This document shows, in pieces, positions 1 through 9,893 of a stretch of DNA of 64,000 nucleotides. The position numbers were made by a program, and so were the translations under genes. Positions within the stretch are counted from its first letter, which is position 1; every line of letters starts with the position of its first letter. The notes beneath the pieces were generated by a model. That model was given only the letters and a program-made list of their open reading frames with translations, searched no databases and was not told the DNA's origin. The stretch is taken from NCBI GenBank assembly GCA_965204535.1, contig CBDBEV010000001.1, positions 1,952,001 to 2,016,000 on the forward strand, given 5' to 3'. This stretch comes from a bacterium. Lineage in GTDB: Bacteria; UBA8248.

Positions 1-919
1 GGCGAACCCCAATGCCTGGAGAAAACCCAGGGTGAAGACGGCGGTCGTGAAGTTTATCCCCGAGTCCACCACGCGCGTCTCCGCGCTCATCTCGGGTGAC
101 GTGGATGTCATTGACAACCTGCCCCCGGCTTTGAGCGAACGCGTCCGGGCGGGCGGCAAAACGGACGTCATCGCCAAGCAGTCGCCGCGCACGAACTACA
201 TCCTGATGGTGATCAAAGAGGGCGCGCCCTGGATGGACGTGCGGGTCCGCAGGGCCATGAACCTGGCGATCAACCGCGAAGCCATCACCAAGAACGTGAT
301 GATGGGCTTCGCCAAGTCGGTGGCGATCATTCAGGGTCCCGCGAGCTTCGGCTTCAACCCCGAACTCAAGCCCTATCCCTACGATCCCGCCCAGGCGAAG
401 AAACTGCTCGCCGAAGCCGGGTTCGCGAAAGGATTCTCCTTCGACGTGTACATCCCCCGCGGACGCTTCATGATGGGCAAGGAAGCGCTCGAGGGCATCG
501 CCGGCCAGTGGGCGAAAGTCGGCCTCAAGGCGAACGTTCGCGTGATGGAATGGGGCGCGATGAAGAAGATCATCTTCAGCAAGTACAAGAAAAACGTGAA
601 ACCGTTCCTGTACTATCTGGCGCGGATGAACACGGCCTTCAGCGCAGAGCACATGTTCGCCGGCGCGATCAGCAGCCGCTCGGCCTACGGCGGATTCCGC
701 GACAAAGCCGTGGACACGATGATCAACGACGCGCGCTCGACGCTCGACAACAAGTCGCGGGAGAAAAAATATCAGGAAATCGCCCGCGTTCTGCGTCACG
801 AGAAGGTGCCGATCGTTCCGCTGTATCAGACTTTCCGCATCTTCGGCGCGAACAAGAAGATAGACTGGAAACCGCGCGCCGATGGAAAGCTGATAGCTGC
901 CGAGGTCGGCCTCAAGTAG
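1..919 (+). CDS. ABC transporter peptide/nickel-type substrate-binding protein (SBP family 5, DppA/OppA-like), 5' truncated by the window edge
   Basis: Frame is open from base 2 (ANPNAWRKPRVKT...). Family 5 SBP motifs: TRVSALISGDVDV, DVRVRRAMNLAINRE, YPYDPAQAKKLLAEAG. Followed by DppB/DppC-like permeases. Confidence 0.9.
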   Translation, partial: ANPNAWRKPRVKTAVVKFIPESTTRVSALISGDVDVIDNLPPALSERVRAGGKTDVIAKQSPRTNYILMVIKEGAPWMDVRVRRAMNLAINREAITKNVMMGFAKSVAIIQGPASFGFNPELKPYPYDPAQAKKLLAEAGFAKGFSFDVYIPRGRFMMGKEALEGIAGQWAKVGLKANVRVMEWGAMKKIIFSKYKKNVKPFLYYLARMNTAFSAEHMFAGAISSRSAYGGFRDKAVDTMINDARSTLDNKSREKKYQEIARVLRHEKVPIVPLYQTFRIFGANKKIDWKPRADGKLIAAEVGLK

Positions 920-947
920 GAGCGATTCTATCATTCGAAGCGAAACT

Positions 948-992
948 CCGGCCGGGGCGTGAATCAACCACGCCCTGGCCGGTGATTTTCAT
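948..992 (+). terminator. Intra-operon GC-rich hairpin (terminator/attenuator or mRNA-stabilising stem) after the SBP gene
   Basis: CCGGCCGGGGCGTG-aatcaac-CACGCCCTGGCCGG stem-loop followed by a T-rich tract (TGATTTTCATTT). Confidence 0.55.
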
Positions 993-1017
993 TTAACGTC
1001 TGCCGCTGGGTGGCTCA

Positions 1018-1935
1018 ATGGCCGGATATGTCGTCAAGCGCTTGATTCAGGCAATCGTCCTCCTCAAGTGCGTCATGATCATCGTGTTTCTCCTGCTTCA
1101 CATGACGGGCGACCCCGTTCTGGTGATGCTCGATACGGATGCGACCCACGAAGACATCGAACATTTGAGAAAACTCATGGGGTTCGACCAGCCGCTCTAC
1201 GTGCAGTACGGGCGGTTTTTCAAAAACGCCCTGCAGGGGAATTTCGGCGAATCCACCGAACACGGCGAATCGGCCATGGGTCTCGTTCTGGAGCATTTCC
1301 CGGCGACGATAGAGATGGCGGTCGGCGCCTTCGCCTTCGCCGTGCTCATCGGGATTCCCTTCGGCTGCCTGGCGGCATTCAGAGAGGGTTCGACCTACGA
1401 CAAGGGCTGCGTAGGCATCACGGTGCTGATGCAGGCGGTTCCCGATTTCTGGCTGGCGATCATGTTCATCATGTTCTTCTCGGTGACGCTGGGGCTTCTG
1501 CCCTCCTTCGGTCGCGGCGGGTGGGAGCATTTCATCATGCCGGCTTTCGCCGCCTCCACATATCACCTCGCCCGGCTCGCAAGGCTCATGCGCTCCCAGA
1601 TGCTCGAAGTGCTTCGCCAAGACTACATCACCACGGCGCGGGCGAAGGGGTTGAGCGAAAAAATCGTGCTCATGGTGCACGCGCTCAAGAACTCCTCGAT
1701 TCCCATCGTGACCGTCATGGGGCTGGATTTGGGCATTCTTCTCGGTGGAACCGTGATCATCGAGGTCGTTTTCGCCTGGCCGGGGGTCGGGCGGCTGGTG
1801 GTCGATTCGATCGCGAACCGTGATTTCCCGATCGTCCAGGCCGCCGTGTTTCTGCTGGCGTCGGGGTTCGTGATCATCAATCTGGCGGTGGACCTCGTCT
1901 ACGCCTATCTCGACCCGCGGATAACGTACGAATGA
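1018..1935 (+). CDS. Dpp/Opp ABC transporter permease (DppB-like)
   Basis: Hydrophobic helices; GFDQPLYVQY motif; EAA-like loop DYITTARAKGL; ends LDPRI. Confidence 0.93.
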   Translation: MAGYVVKRLIQAIVLLKCVMIIVFLLLHMTGDPVLVMLDTDATHEDIEHLRKLMGFDQPLYVQYGRFFKNALQGNFGESTEHGESAMGLVLEHFPATIEMAVGAFAFAVLIGIPFGCLAAFREGSTYDKGCVGITVLMQAVPDFWLAIMFIMFFSVTLGLLPSFGRGGWEHFIMPAFAASTYHLARLARLMRSQMLEVLRQDYITTARAKGLSEKIVLMVHALKNSSIPIVTVMGLDLGILLGGTVIIEVVFAWPGVGRLVVDSIANRDFPIVQAAVFLLASGFVIINLAVDLVYAYLDPRITYE

Positions 1936-2837
1936 GAGAACAAGCGCTCGCGATTCAGGAAACGATGGAACTCGAAGCGCTCCCGGAGCGCCCGAGGGTA
2001 TGGGCATCGCTTTGGAAGGATAAATCCGCACTCCTGGGCTGCGTGATCCTTCTCTCCGTGGTGGTGATGGCTGTCTTCGCGCCGCTGCTGGCTCCCATGG
2101 ACCCCCAGGCCCAACTCCTGGACAGAAACCTGAAACCGCCCATGTGGTCGGACGGCCAGCAAATCTACCTGCTCGGCACGGACCACCTGGGGCGGGACTT
2201 CCTGAGCCGCCTCATCTACGGCGCGCGCATCTCGCTGCTGGTGGGTTTTTTCGCTGTCTTGCTCACGGGATGCTTCGGTCTCTGCGTGGGACTGGTGGCG
2301 GGTTATTTCGGCGGAAAAGTGGATTTCCTGCTCATGCGGCTCGTGGACCTGGTGCTCTCGTTTCCGTTCATCCTGCTGGCCCTGGCGACCATCGCCATCG
2401 TGGGGCCGAGCCTCGTCGTGCTCATACTCGTGATGTCGATGCGCATCTGGGTCATCTACGCCCGCGTCGTGCGCGGCGAGGTGCTCACGCTGCGCGAGCA
2501 GGAGTTCGTCCAGGCGGCGCGGAGCATCGGCGGAAGTCATTTCCGCATCATCGTCCGCCATATTCTCCCAAACGTGTTGGCCCCCGTCATCATTATCGCC
2601 TCCCTGTATCTGGGGCGTATGATCATCATCGAGGCGGGCCTGAGCTTTCTGGGTCTCGGCGTGCCGCCGCCCACGCCCACCTGGGGCGGTCTGCTGAGCG
2701 ACGGGAAGGTGCACCTCTACACCTCCTGGTGGGTCGTCACTTTGCCCGGCCTGGCGATTACGGTGACGGTTCTGGGGGCGAACCTCGTGGGCGACTGGTT
2801 GAGAAACGTGCTGGACCCGCGTTTGAAATCGGTGTGA
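1932..2837 (+). CDS. Dpp/Opp ABC transporter permease (DppC-like)
   Basis: LGTDHLGRD, EFVQAARSIG, EAGLSFLGLG, PTWG; 4-bp ATGA overlap with the upstream permease. Confidence 0.93.
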   Translation: MREQALAIQETMELEALPERPRVWASLWKDKSALLGCVILLSVVVMAVFAPLLAPMDPQAQLLDRNLKPPMWSDGQQIYLLGTDHLGRDFLSRLIYGARISLLVGFFAVLLTGCFGLCVGLVAGYFGGKVDFLLMRLVDLVLSFPFILLALATIAIVGPSLVVLILVMSMRIWVIYARVVRGEVLTLREQEFVQAARSIGGSHFRIIVRHILPNVLAPVIIIASLYLGRMIIIEAGLSFLGLGVPPPTPTWGGLLSDGKVHLYTSWWVVTLPGLAITVTVLGANLVGDWLRNVLDPRLKSV

Positions 2838-2866
2838 GTTCGTTACGGAATGAGGAGAGAATATAG

Positions 2867-3898
2867 ATGAGCGATCCGTTGAGAGTGGCCGTGGTCGGGC
2901 TGGGCCGCTGGGGCAACACACTGGCGTCCTACATCGAGAGAACGCCCGGGATGAAGATCACCACGTGCTTCACCCGAACGCCCGAAAAACGAAAGGCGTT
3001 CAGCGAAAAATTTTCATGCGGCGAGGAGGCGAGCTACGAGGCGGTGGTGCGTCACCCCGAGGTGGACGCCGTCGTTATCGCGGCGCCCAACAACAAGCAC
3101 GCCGAACTCGCGATGGCGGCAGCCGAGCAAGGGAAGCACGTGCTCGTCGACAAGCCGATCGCCGCCTCCATCCCGGATGCCAAAAAGATGATCCGCGCGT
3201 GTGAGGACGCAGGCGTCACCTTGGGCGTAGGCGCGAGTTCGAGATGGCTCCGGGGCCATCGCCTCTTCAAGCAACTGCTCGATGAGGGAACCATCGGCAC
3301 CCTGGCGATGGCCGAGACCAACTACTCGAACGACCGGGGGCTTCACTACACGCCGGACAACTGGCAATGGTACGCGGAAGGCTCCCCCGGCGGCCCGCTC
3401 CTCCAGGTGGCCATACACCAGGTGGACAACCTCTTGTATCTCTACGGGCCGATAAAGCGCGCGTCGGCGGCCTTCAGCAAAATAAAGACAAAATCGGAAA
3501 TTCCCGACGTGAGCGTCGTGTGGTTCGAGTTCGAGTCCGGCCTTCTCGGCACCCTGGGAACGAGCTTCATCAGCCCGCGCACGCCGAACGGACGTTACAC
3601 CTACTTCATGAACGCCTACGGGGATGAGGCGAACCTCTACCACGACAGGTGGGAGGGCATCAAAATCCTGCGGCCGGACGGGGAGAAGCGCGAAGAGATC
3701 CCCTACGAGGAATACCCCAGGCAGGATTACCTGATAGAAGAATTCAAGGATTTCGAAGGCGCCGTCCGGGAAGGCCGCCCGCCGGAGGTGGGCGGAGCCG
3801 AAGGACTCCACGTGCTCGGCGCCGTGTGGGCGGCCATGCGCTCATGGGAGCGCGGCGAGCCCGTGGAAGTGGCGGAGGTGCTCGAAGAAAACGAATAG
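2867..3898 (+). CDS. Gfo/Idh/MocA family oxidoreductase
   Basis: N-terminal Rossmann VVGLGRWG; GKHVLVDKP; GGPLL..AIHQVD. Confidence 0.9.
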   Translation: MSDPLRVAVVGLGRWGNTLASYIERTPGMKITTCFTRTPEKRKAFSEKFSCGEEASYEAVVRHPEVDAVVIAAPNNKHAELAMAAAEQGKHVLVDKPIAASIPDAKKMIRACEDAGVTLGVGASSRWLRGHRLFKQLLDEGTIGTLAMAETNYSNDRGLHYTPDNWQWYAEGSPGGPLLQVAIHQVDNLLYLYGPIKRASAAFSKIKTKSEIPDVSVVWFEFESGLLGTLGTSFISPRTPNGRYTYFMNAYGDEANLYHDRWEGIKILRPDGEKREEIPYEEYPRQDYLIEEFKDFEGAVREGRPPEVGGAEGLHVLGAVWAAMRSWERGEPVEVAEVLEENE

Positions 3899-3952
3899 AC
3901 GCGAATGGCTCCGGCGGGGTAGACCCGCCCATCACTGGAAGGAAGGAGACCC

Positions 3953-5230
3953 ATGTACGACTACCGAATGACGGATGAGCAAAAAGAGTATCAGAGGATC
4001 GCGCATGAATTCGCGCGGGACGAAATCCGGCCCATCAGCCTGGAACTGGATCACAAGGAAGACCCGCTGGATTGCGCCTACATGCCCCATCTTCTCGAAA
4101 AACTCGACAAGACGGGACTGAGGACGATGAGCATCCCGAAGGAATACGGCGGCGGCGGCGTGAACGACCTGCTCACGCACTGCATCGTGGGCGAGGAGAT
4201 CTCCTGGGGCGACAGGGGCGCCACGGGGTTCATGCTCTCTTCCACGAAGATCTCCCACATCCTGAGCAGTGAACTCCTCGGAAACCCGGAGTTGGCGGAC
4301 TACTGGATGCGCGAGTACGTGAGCGACCCCACGTTCCTCATCGGCACGGCCACGACCGAGCCGCAATCGGGTTCCGAGAACCAGCTCCCCTACAACGGGG
4401 CGGACGGCGGATACCAGACCACCGCCGTGCTCGACGGCGACAACTACATCGTGAACGGCAAGAAGCACTTCATCTCCAACGTCGGATGGGCGCGGCTCAT
4501 GTTCACGTTCGTGCGCACGAACGCAGACGTGGGCGTCGAGCAGGGCGCTTCCCTCCTCATGGTGCCGACGGACGCACCCGGCGTGAAGATGGGTAAGGTC
4601 CACAACAAGATGGGCTACCGCCTGAACCAGAACGCGGAGATCATCTTCGAGGACGCGATAATCCCCGCCAAGTACCGCCTGGGTCCCGAGAACTGCGGCG
4701 TCTCCTATATCCGGCGCCACCTGCGCGGCGACGCCCTCATCAACGCGGCGGGCCAGATTGGCGTGGCGCGCGCGGCGTATGAGAAATCCCTCGAATTCGC
4801 GCAAAACCGCAAACAGAGCGGACGCCCCATTGCGCACCACCAGTCGGTCGGCATCAAGCTCGTCGACATGTACACGAAAATCCAGGCGGCGCGCGCCTAC
4901 GTGCACTACGCGGCATGGCGTCAGGACATGCGCCACGAGATTCCCATCGATCCGCCCATGACGCTCACCGCCAGCGCCTTCGCGCACGAGATCTCCTGCG
5001 ACGTCACGAAGATGGCGATGGAAATTCACGCGGGCGTGGGCGTTCAGCGCGAGAATTTTCTCGAAAAATGGTTCCGCGACACGCACAACATGCTTTTCTC
5101 GAGCGACGGCGGAAACAACATGAAGAAGGTGCGCGCGATGTACGCCATCACGGGCGAGTGGGGCGCGCGCAGCGAGGAGGAAAACCCCGTGCCCGGCGGC
5201 GCATACGTTGCGGTCGGAGACGGCCTCTAG
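3953..5230 (+). CDS. Acyl-CoA dehydrogenase family protein
   Basis: IPKEYGGGG, TEPQSGS, YIVNGKKHFISN, KMGYR, EIHAGVG..EKWFRD; strong RBS (AGGAG). Confidence 0.9.
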   Translation: MYDYRMTDEQKEYQRIAHEFARDEIRPISLELDHKEDPLDCAYMPHLLEKLDKTGLRTMSIPKEYGGGGVNDLLTHCIVGEEISWGDRGATGFMLSSTKISHILSSELLGNPELADYWMREYVSDPTFLIGTATTEPQSGSENQLPYNGADGGYQTTAVLDGDNYIVNGKKHFISNVGWARLMFTFVRTNADVGVEQGASLLMVPTDAPGVKMGKVHNKMGYRLNQNAEIIFEDAIIPAKYRLGPENCGVSYIRRHLRGDALINAAGQIGVARAAYEKSLEFAQNRKQSGRPIAHHQSVGIKLVDMYTKIQAARAYVHYAAWRQDMRHEIPIDPPMTLTASAFAHEISCDVTKMAMEIHAGVGVQRENFLEKWFRDTHNMLFSSDGGNNMKKVRAMYAITGEWGARSEEENPVPGGAYVAVGDGL

Positions 5231-5259
5231 ACCCCATCACCAGCAAGGGAGGAAAAAGG

Positions 5260-5640
5260 GTGGCCTCACGAACCCATCACGTGCACCACGTCGCCAAGGA
5301 TCCGCAGGCGGCGGCGGATTTTTACATCAACCATTTCGGCGGCGAGTTGTTCACGCCGGAGATCGAATACCGCGGCTCCCCCTACATCAGCGTCATGCTG
5401 GGCGAGGTGGAGATACGCATTCGCGGCTTAAGGGCCGATGAAGACGATTCCATGGCCAAGGTGGGCCGCGGACTGCACCACTTCGGAATCCAGGTGGAAG
5501 GCATCGACGAAGTGGCGCAGCGCCTGGAGAAAGCCGGCGTCGTCTTCACGAAAAAACCGGGAGACGGCGTTCTGGGTTCGCGCACGGCCTTCATCATCGC
5601 GCCCGATAACGTCGTGATCGAACTGGTGGAAGAACCTTAA
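5260..5640 (+). CDS. VOC (glyoxalase/bleomycin resistance) family protein
   Basis: GTG start at 5260 after GGAGG; HHV, GLHHFGIQV, AFIIAPDNVVIELVE. The ORF-track extension to 4915 overlaps the ACAD gene and is not used. Confidence 0.85.
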   Translation: MASRTHHVHHVAKDPQAAADFYINHFGGELFTPEIEYRGSPYISVMLGEVEIRIRGLRADEDDSMAKVGRGLHHFGIQVEGIDEVAQRLEKAGVVFTKKPGDGVLGSRTAFIIAPDNVVIELVEEP

Positions 5641-5672
5641 AACGATTCGTTTACACACAGGAGAAAGACCTG

Positions 5673-6893
5673 ATGCCGGGATTCGCGCGGGGCCAATTCA
5701 ACGTCGACTATGAAGAGCGCGTCGACATGGGCGCGCTTCGCCGAAAGCGCGTGGAGAAGGCGCAGAAAGCGATGGCCGAGCAGGACATCGACGCCCTTTT
5801 CCTCTGGAAAGTGGAGAACGTGCGCTACCTCACGAGCATGCGCTCCTCATTCCTGGCGCACCGGGAAGGTACGCGAAACGCCGTCATTCTCCCGCGCGAG
5901 GGGAGAGCCCACATTATGACGAACGGGGGCGAGATACCCCGCGTCTCGCGCGACATGCCCTGGATAGAGAAATTCCATCACCTCGCGAAGATGGAGGAAC
6001 AGCCCCTCGTGGACAAGATGATCCGCGAGACGCTTCGCCCCCTCTTCGAGGAGTTGGGCCTCATCGGCAAGCGGGTGGGCCTGGATCTCATGACGTTCAT
6101 CCAGTTCAGCGCCTACCAGAAGCACCTGGACGACGTGGAGTTCGTGAACGGCGATTCGTTCATGCACAAGGTGCGCCGCCACAAGATGCCCGAGGAGGTC
6201 TACATGATCCGCGAGGCCTGCGCGATCGCCGACGCCGTGAACGAGGAGGCCATGGACAGCGTACGGGCGGGAAAGCGCGAATGCGACGTGGCGGCGGACG
6301 CGATGAAGGTGCTCCACCACTACGGGGGTGAAATGGCGCATCTCGTCTCCCCCTTCGTGGCTTCTGGCGAGCACATGTCGCCGCCCTACCGCTTCGCCAG
6401 CGACAAGATCATCCGCAGCGGCGACCTGGTGTTCATCGACATCGGCGCGCAGTGGAACGGATATTTCGGCGACGTGGCCCGGACGATGATCTGCGGAAAA
6501 CCCTCCAAACGGCAGAAGGAAATCTACACCGCCGTGCATGAATCCCTGCAGTTGGGACTCGAGCGTACCCGCCCCGGTTTCACGAACAAGCAGGTGGCAG
6601 AGCGAATCTGGGAGACGGGCGAGAAGTACGGCTTGAGAAAGAACTGGTTCTCGCTCAGCATCGGCCACGCGGTGGGCACATCGCCCAACGAGCCGCCCTA
6701 CATCGGCGAACCAGACCCGGATTCCGAAGAAGTGGACCTCGAGCCCGGCATGGTGTTCGCCATCGAGCCGCTCATCTGGGTGCCGGACGTCCCCGGAGGC
6801 GGCGGCGTGCGCATCGAGGAGACGGTGCTCATCACCGAAGAGGGGCATGAGGTGCTGACGCGCTCGCGCATGGACGATCGCCTGCTGCTCTGA
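5673..6893 (+). CDS. M24 family metallopeptidase (Xaa-Pro peptidase/creatinase fold)
   Basis: NVRYLT; metal ligands intact: DIGAQWNGYFGD, GHAVG, AIEP, GVRIEE. Confidence 0.9.
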   Translation: MPGFARGQFNVDYEERVDMGALRRKRVEKAQKAMAEQDIDALFLWKVENVRYLTSMRSSFLAHREGTRNAVILPREGRAHIMTNGGEIPRVSRDMPWIEKFHHLAKMEEQPLVDKMIRETLRPLFEELGLIGKRVGLDLMTFIQFSAYQKHLDDVEFVNGDSFMHKVRRHKMPEEVYMIREACAIADAVNEEAMDSVRAGKRECDVAADAMKVLHHYGGEMAHLVSPFVASGEHMSPPYRFASDKIIRSGDLVFIDIGAQWNGYFGDVARTMICGKPSKRQKEIYTAVHESLQLGLERTRPGFTNKQVAERIWETGEKYGLRKNWFSLSIGHAVGTSPNEPPYIGEPDPDSEEVDLEPGMVFAIEPLIWVPDVPGGGGVRIEETVLITEEGHEVLTRSRMDDRLLL

Positions 6894-6977
6894 GGCGCGT
6901 CGCCTCGCCCAGGCCAATCACCGGAAAACTCCCGAACATTAAAGCGACGACTTGCCTGCTGCGACACTCGCTCCCGA

Positions 6978-7006
6978 TTGAAGGCGAGTCGTACGGGGCG
7001 TAGAAT
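6978..7006 (+). promoter_or_regulatory. Putative sigma70 promoter
   Basis: TTGAAG-N17-TAGAAT, about 40 bp upstream of the TTG start at 7048. Confidence 0.5.
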
Positions 7007-7047
7007 GCCGCGCGTTGTCCCTGTCCAAGTCATTGAGGAGGTTCGTC

Positions 7048-8148
7048 TTGGCCTTTTTCGAAAGAGCTGAACTCGGGGTCGCCGTCGTGGGGGCCGGACG
7101 TATCGGCACGCACCGCTCGCGCCTCGCGGCGCAGCACCCCGCCGTCCGCTTCCTTGCCATCTCGGACGCCGAGCCCGAACGCGCGAAGGCCTTGGGCGCG
7201 CGCGTGGACGCGCAGGTAACATCGGGAAGTAACGAGGAGGTCATCTCCCATCCCGAGGTGGGCGCCGTCATCGTCTCGACTTCCGAGTTCGCGCACGTGG
7301 AGCCGGTGCTTCAGGCTTTGGAGCTCGGCAAACCCGTTCTGGTGGAAAAGCCCATCGCGATGACGCTGGAGGACGCCGATAGGCTGCTCACCACTGCGGA
7401 AAAATACGAGACCGACCTCCGCGTGGGCTACATCATGCGCTACAAGCGGCGCTATTTCCTGGGGAAAGAACAGATACAGCAGGGCCGCCTCGGGAGGCTC
7501 ATCGGCGCGACGGGCCGCGTGTTCAACACCAGGGCGCAGGCGTTCGAGATACTGAAGCGCTCGGCGGACGCCACACCCGTTCTCGACGTGCTCACCTACT
7601 GGGTCGACATGATGTGCTGGTTCATGGAGGGAAACCCGCCGGCCGAGGTCGTCTGCCGGGGCGGCGGCTTCGTCTTCAAGGAGGCGGGGTATCCGAAGGT
7701 GGACGACGTGAGCTGGTCGCTCATCACCTTCGCCGACGGGGCGACCGTGAACCTGGGCATCTGCTACGCGCTGCCCGCGAAATACCCCACCGCGGGACAG
7801 AGCATTCGTCTCGAAGTCATCGGCACGGACGGCGTGATGCTGTTCGACGAAGACCACAAGGAGAACATCCTCTACACCGAGAAGGGCTATCCGCACGCCT
7901 ATGTCCCCGACCACCACCTGCCGATGGTTTTCCTCGGCAGCACGTCTTCGGGCGACTGGGCGCTCGACACGATGTACGGCCCCATCGGCGATGAGACCAG
8001 AAGCTGGCTGGATCACCTATCCACGGGGCGGCCCTGCCACCTCGCCACGGCGGAGGACGCTCGCCAGACCCTGGAGGTGACCATCGCCATGGAGGAATCG
8101 TCCCGCACCGGCGACGCCGTAAAACTCCCCCTGGGGGAGGGGCATTAG
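7048..8148 (+). CDS. Gfo/Idh/MocA family oxidoreductase
   Basis: TTG start after GAGGAGG; VVGAGRIG; GKPVLVEKPIA. Confidence 0.88.
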   Translation: MAFFERAELGVAVVGAGRIGTHRSRLAAQHPAVRFLAISDAEPERAKALGARVDAQVTSGSNEEVISHPEVGAVIVSTSEFAHVEPVLQALELGKPVLVEKPIAMTLEDADRLLTTAEKYETDLRVGYIMRYKRRYFLGKEQIQQGRLGRLIGATGRVFNTRAQAFEILKRSADATPVLDVLTYWVDMMCWFMEGNPPAEVVCRGGGFVFKEAGYPKVDDVSWSLITFADGATVNLGICYALPAKYPTAGQSIRLEVIGTDGVMLFDEDHKENILYTEKGYPHAYVPDHHLPMVFLGSTSSGDWALDTMYGPIGDETRSWLDHLSTGRPCHLATAEDARQTLEVTIAMEESSRTGDAVKLPLGEGH

Positions 8149-8288
8149 CGCATGATGCTTTTTTCCTTGAACAAACGGCGCGCGCCGTGCCATATCTGTA
8201 TGTAGACGGCGACGGCGAACCCGGCGCCGCGCCCGGCGCAAGGTGAAGCGAGGGCGTGGAAAACTACCCCGGTGAACGAGCCTTGGAC

Positions 8289-9815
8289 ATGAGCCAAACG
8301 AATCTGTTTCACGCCAGAAAAAGCGGGATTCTGCTCCACCCCACCTCGCTGCCGAGCGAGGCGGGCTTCGGCGATTTAGGCTCTGGAGCGTTCGAATTCG
8401 TCGACCTACTCGCATCATCGGGCCAGAGCTGGTGGCAGATGCTGCCCGTATGCCCCACGGACGAGACGGGCTCCCCTTATGTCTCCTCATCCACGTTCGC
8501 GGGAAACCCCCTGCTGATATCGCTCGATACGCTCGCGGAAGAGGGCCTCCTCTCCGCGAAAGATATAGAAGACCGCCGTCAGAACGGCGGAGGGGAAATC
8601 GAACCGGCGCAGGCGCTCCAGGCCCATGAATCGCTGCTGGCCAAGGCGTTCGAGGCGTTCTCGAACGACGGCGGGGCGCGCGACGCGGCATTTACGGCGT
8701 TTTGCGAGGCGCAGGCCGGCTGGCTGGCCGACTACGCGAGGTTCCGGGCGTTAAAGCGCGCGCACGGAGGTTCCCCCTGGTGGGAGTGGCCGGAAGACGC
8801 AAGAGCCCGCAATCCCGATGATCCCGGGTTCGAGGAAAACATTCGCTACACCCAATTCGAGCAATTCATCTTCGACCGGCAATGGCGCGCGCTAAAAGAC
8901 TACGCCGCCGGAAAGGGGGTCGGCTTCATCGGGGACATACCCATCTACGTCGCCCATGATTCAGCGGACGTATGGGCGCGGACGCAACTGTTCGAACTCG
9001 ACGAATCACGTCGCCCGCGCGCCTACGCCGGCGCGCCGCCCGATTACTTCAACCAGGATGGCCAGCACTGGGGGAATCCCCTCTACGACTGGGCCGCACA
9101 CCGTGAGGAGAATTTCGCCTGGTGGAAGATGCGCCTCGCCGTGAACGTCGCCCGGTTCGACGCCTTGCGCCTCGATCACTTCATCGGCTTCGCGCGGTTC
9201 TGGGCGATTCCGGCCGATGCGGAATCACCCAAAGACGGCGCCTGGCGCGAGGGGCCGGGCGAGGCCTTTTTCAGCGCGCTGGAGGAGGAATTGGGCTATC
9301 TGCCGCTCATCGCCGAGGACCTGGGTTCGGTGGGCGACGACGTCCACGCCCTGCGCGACCGCTTCGGCCTGCCCGGCATGCGCGTGTTGCAGTTCGCCTT
9401 CGACGGCAGCCCGGACAACCCGCATCTCCCCCACAACATTCCCGAGAACGCGGTGGTCTACACCGGCACGCACGACAACGACACCGCCCAGGGCTGGTTC
9501 CACGGCGCCGACCCGATTCTCCGAAACGAAACGCCCGCCGGCTTCGCCATATCGCGCGCCACGGCGCTCAGGACCTTCGGCGGCGAGCCCGAGGACATCC
9601 ACTGGTCGATGATCCGCGCGGCGATGAAATCACAAGCCGCCCTCGCCGTCATCCCCGCCCAGGACGTGCTTGGTCTCGGCAACGAGGGCCGCATGAACCG
9701 CCCCGGCGTCCCGCAGGGGAACTGGGTCTGGAGGATGCGCGAGGGCGCATGGAGCGGGGAAATCCAGGAGAGACTCCTGGGCCTCACGCAGCGCAGCGGT
9801 CGTGCTCCTGAGTGA
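8289..9815 (+). CDS. malQ: 4-alpha-glucanotransferase (amylomaltase, GH77)
   Basis: SGILLHPTSLP, GDIPIYVAHDSADVW, GQHWGNPLYDW, RLDHFIGF, IAEDLG, YTGTHDNDT, RMNRPG...NWVWR. Confidence 0.96.
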   Translation: MSQTNLFHARKSGILLHPTSLPSEAGFGDLGSGAFEFVDLLASSGQSWWQMLPVCPTDETGSPYVSSSTFAGNPLLISLDTLAEEGLLSAKDIEDRRQNGGGEIEPAQALQAHESLLAKAFEAFSNDGGARDAAFTAFCEAQAGWLADYARFRALKRAHGGSPWWEWPEDARARNPDDPGFEENIRYTQFEQFIFDRQWRALKDYAAGKGVGFIGDIPIYVAHDSADVWARTQLFELDESRRPRAYAGAPPDYFNQDGQHWGNPLYDWAAHREENFAWWKMRLAVNVARFDALRLDHFIGFARFWAIPADAESPKDGAWREGPGEAFFSALEEELGYLPLIAEDLGSVGDDVHALRDRFGLPGMRVLQFAFDGSPDNPHLPHNIPENAVVYTGTHDNDTAQGWFHGADPILRNETPAGFAISRATALRTFGGEPEDIHWSMIRAAMKSQAALAVIPAQDVLGLGNEGRMNRPGVPQGNWVWRMREGAWSGEIQERLLGLTQRSGRAPE

Positions 9816-9893
9816 GGGCGGCTCGGCGCGCTATTTGATTCGAATGACTGAGAGAAGAAAGTTTTGCGTGGCGCAAAAACGAGCGCGCATCAT

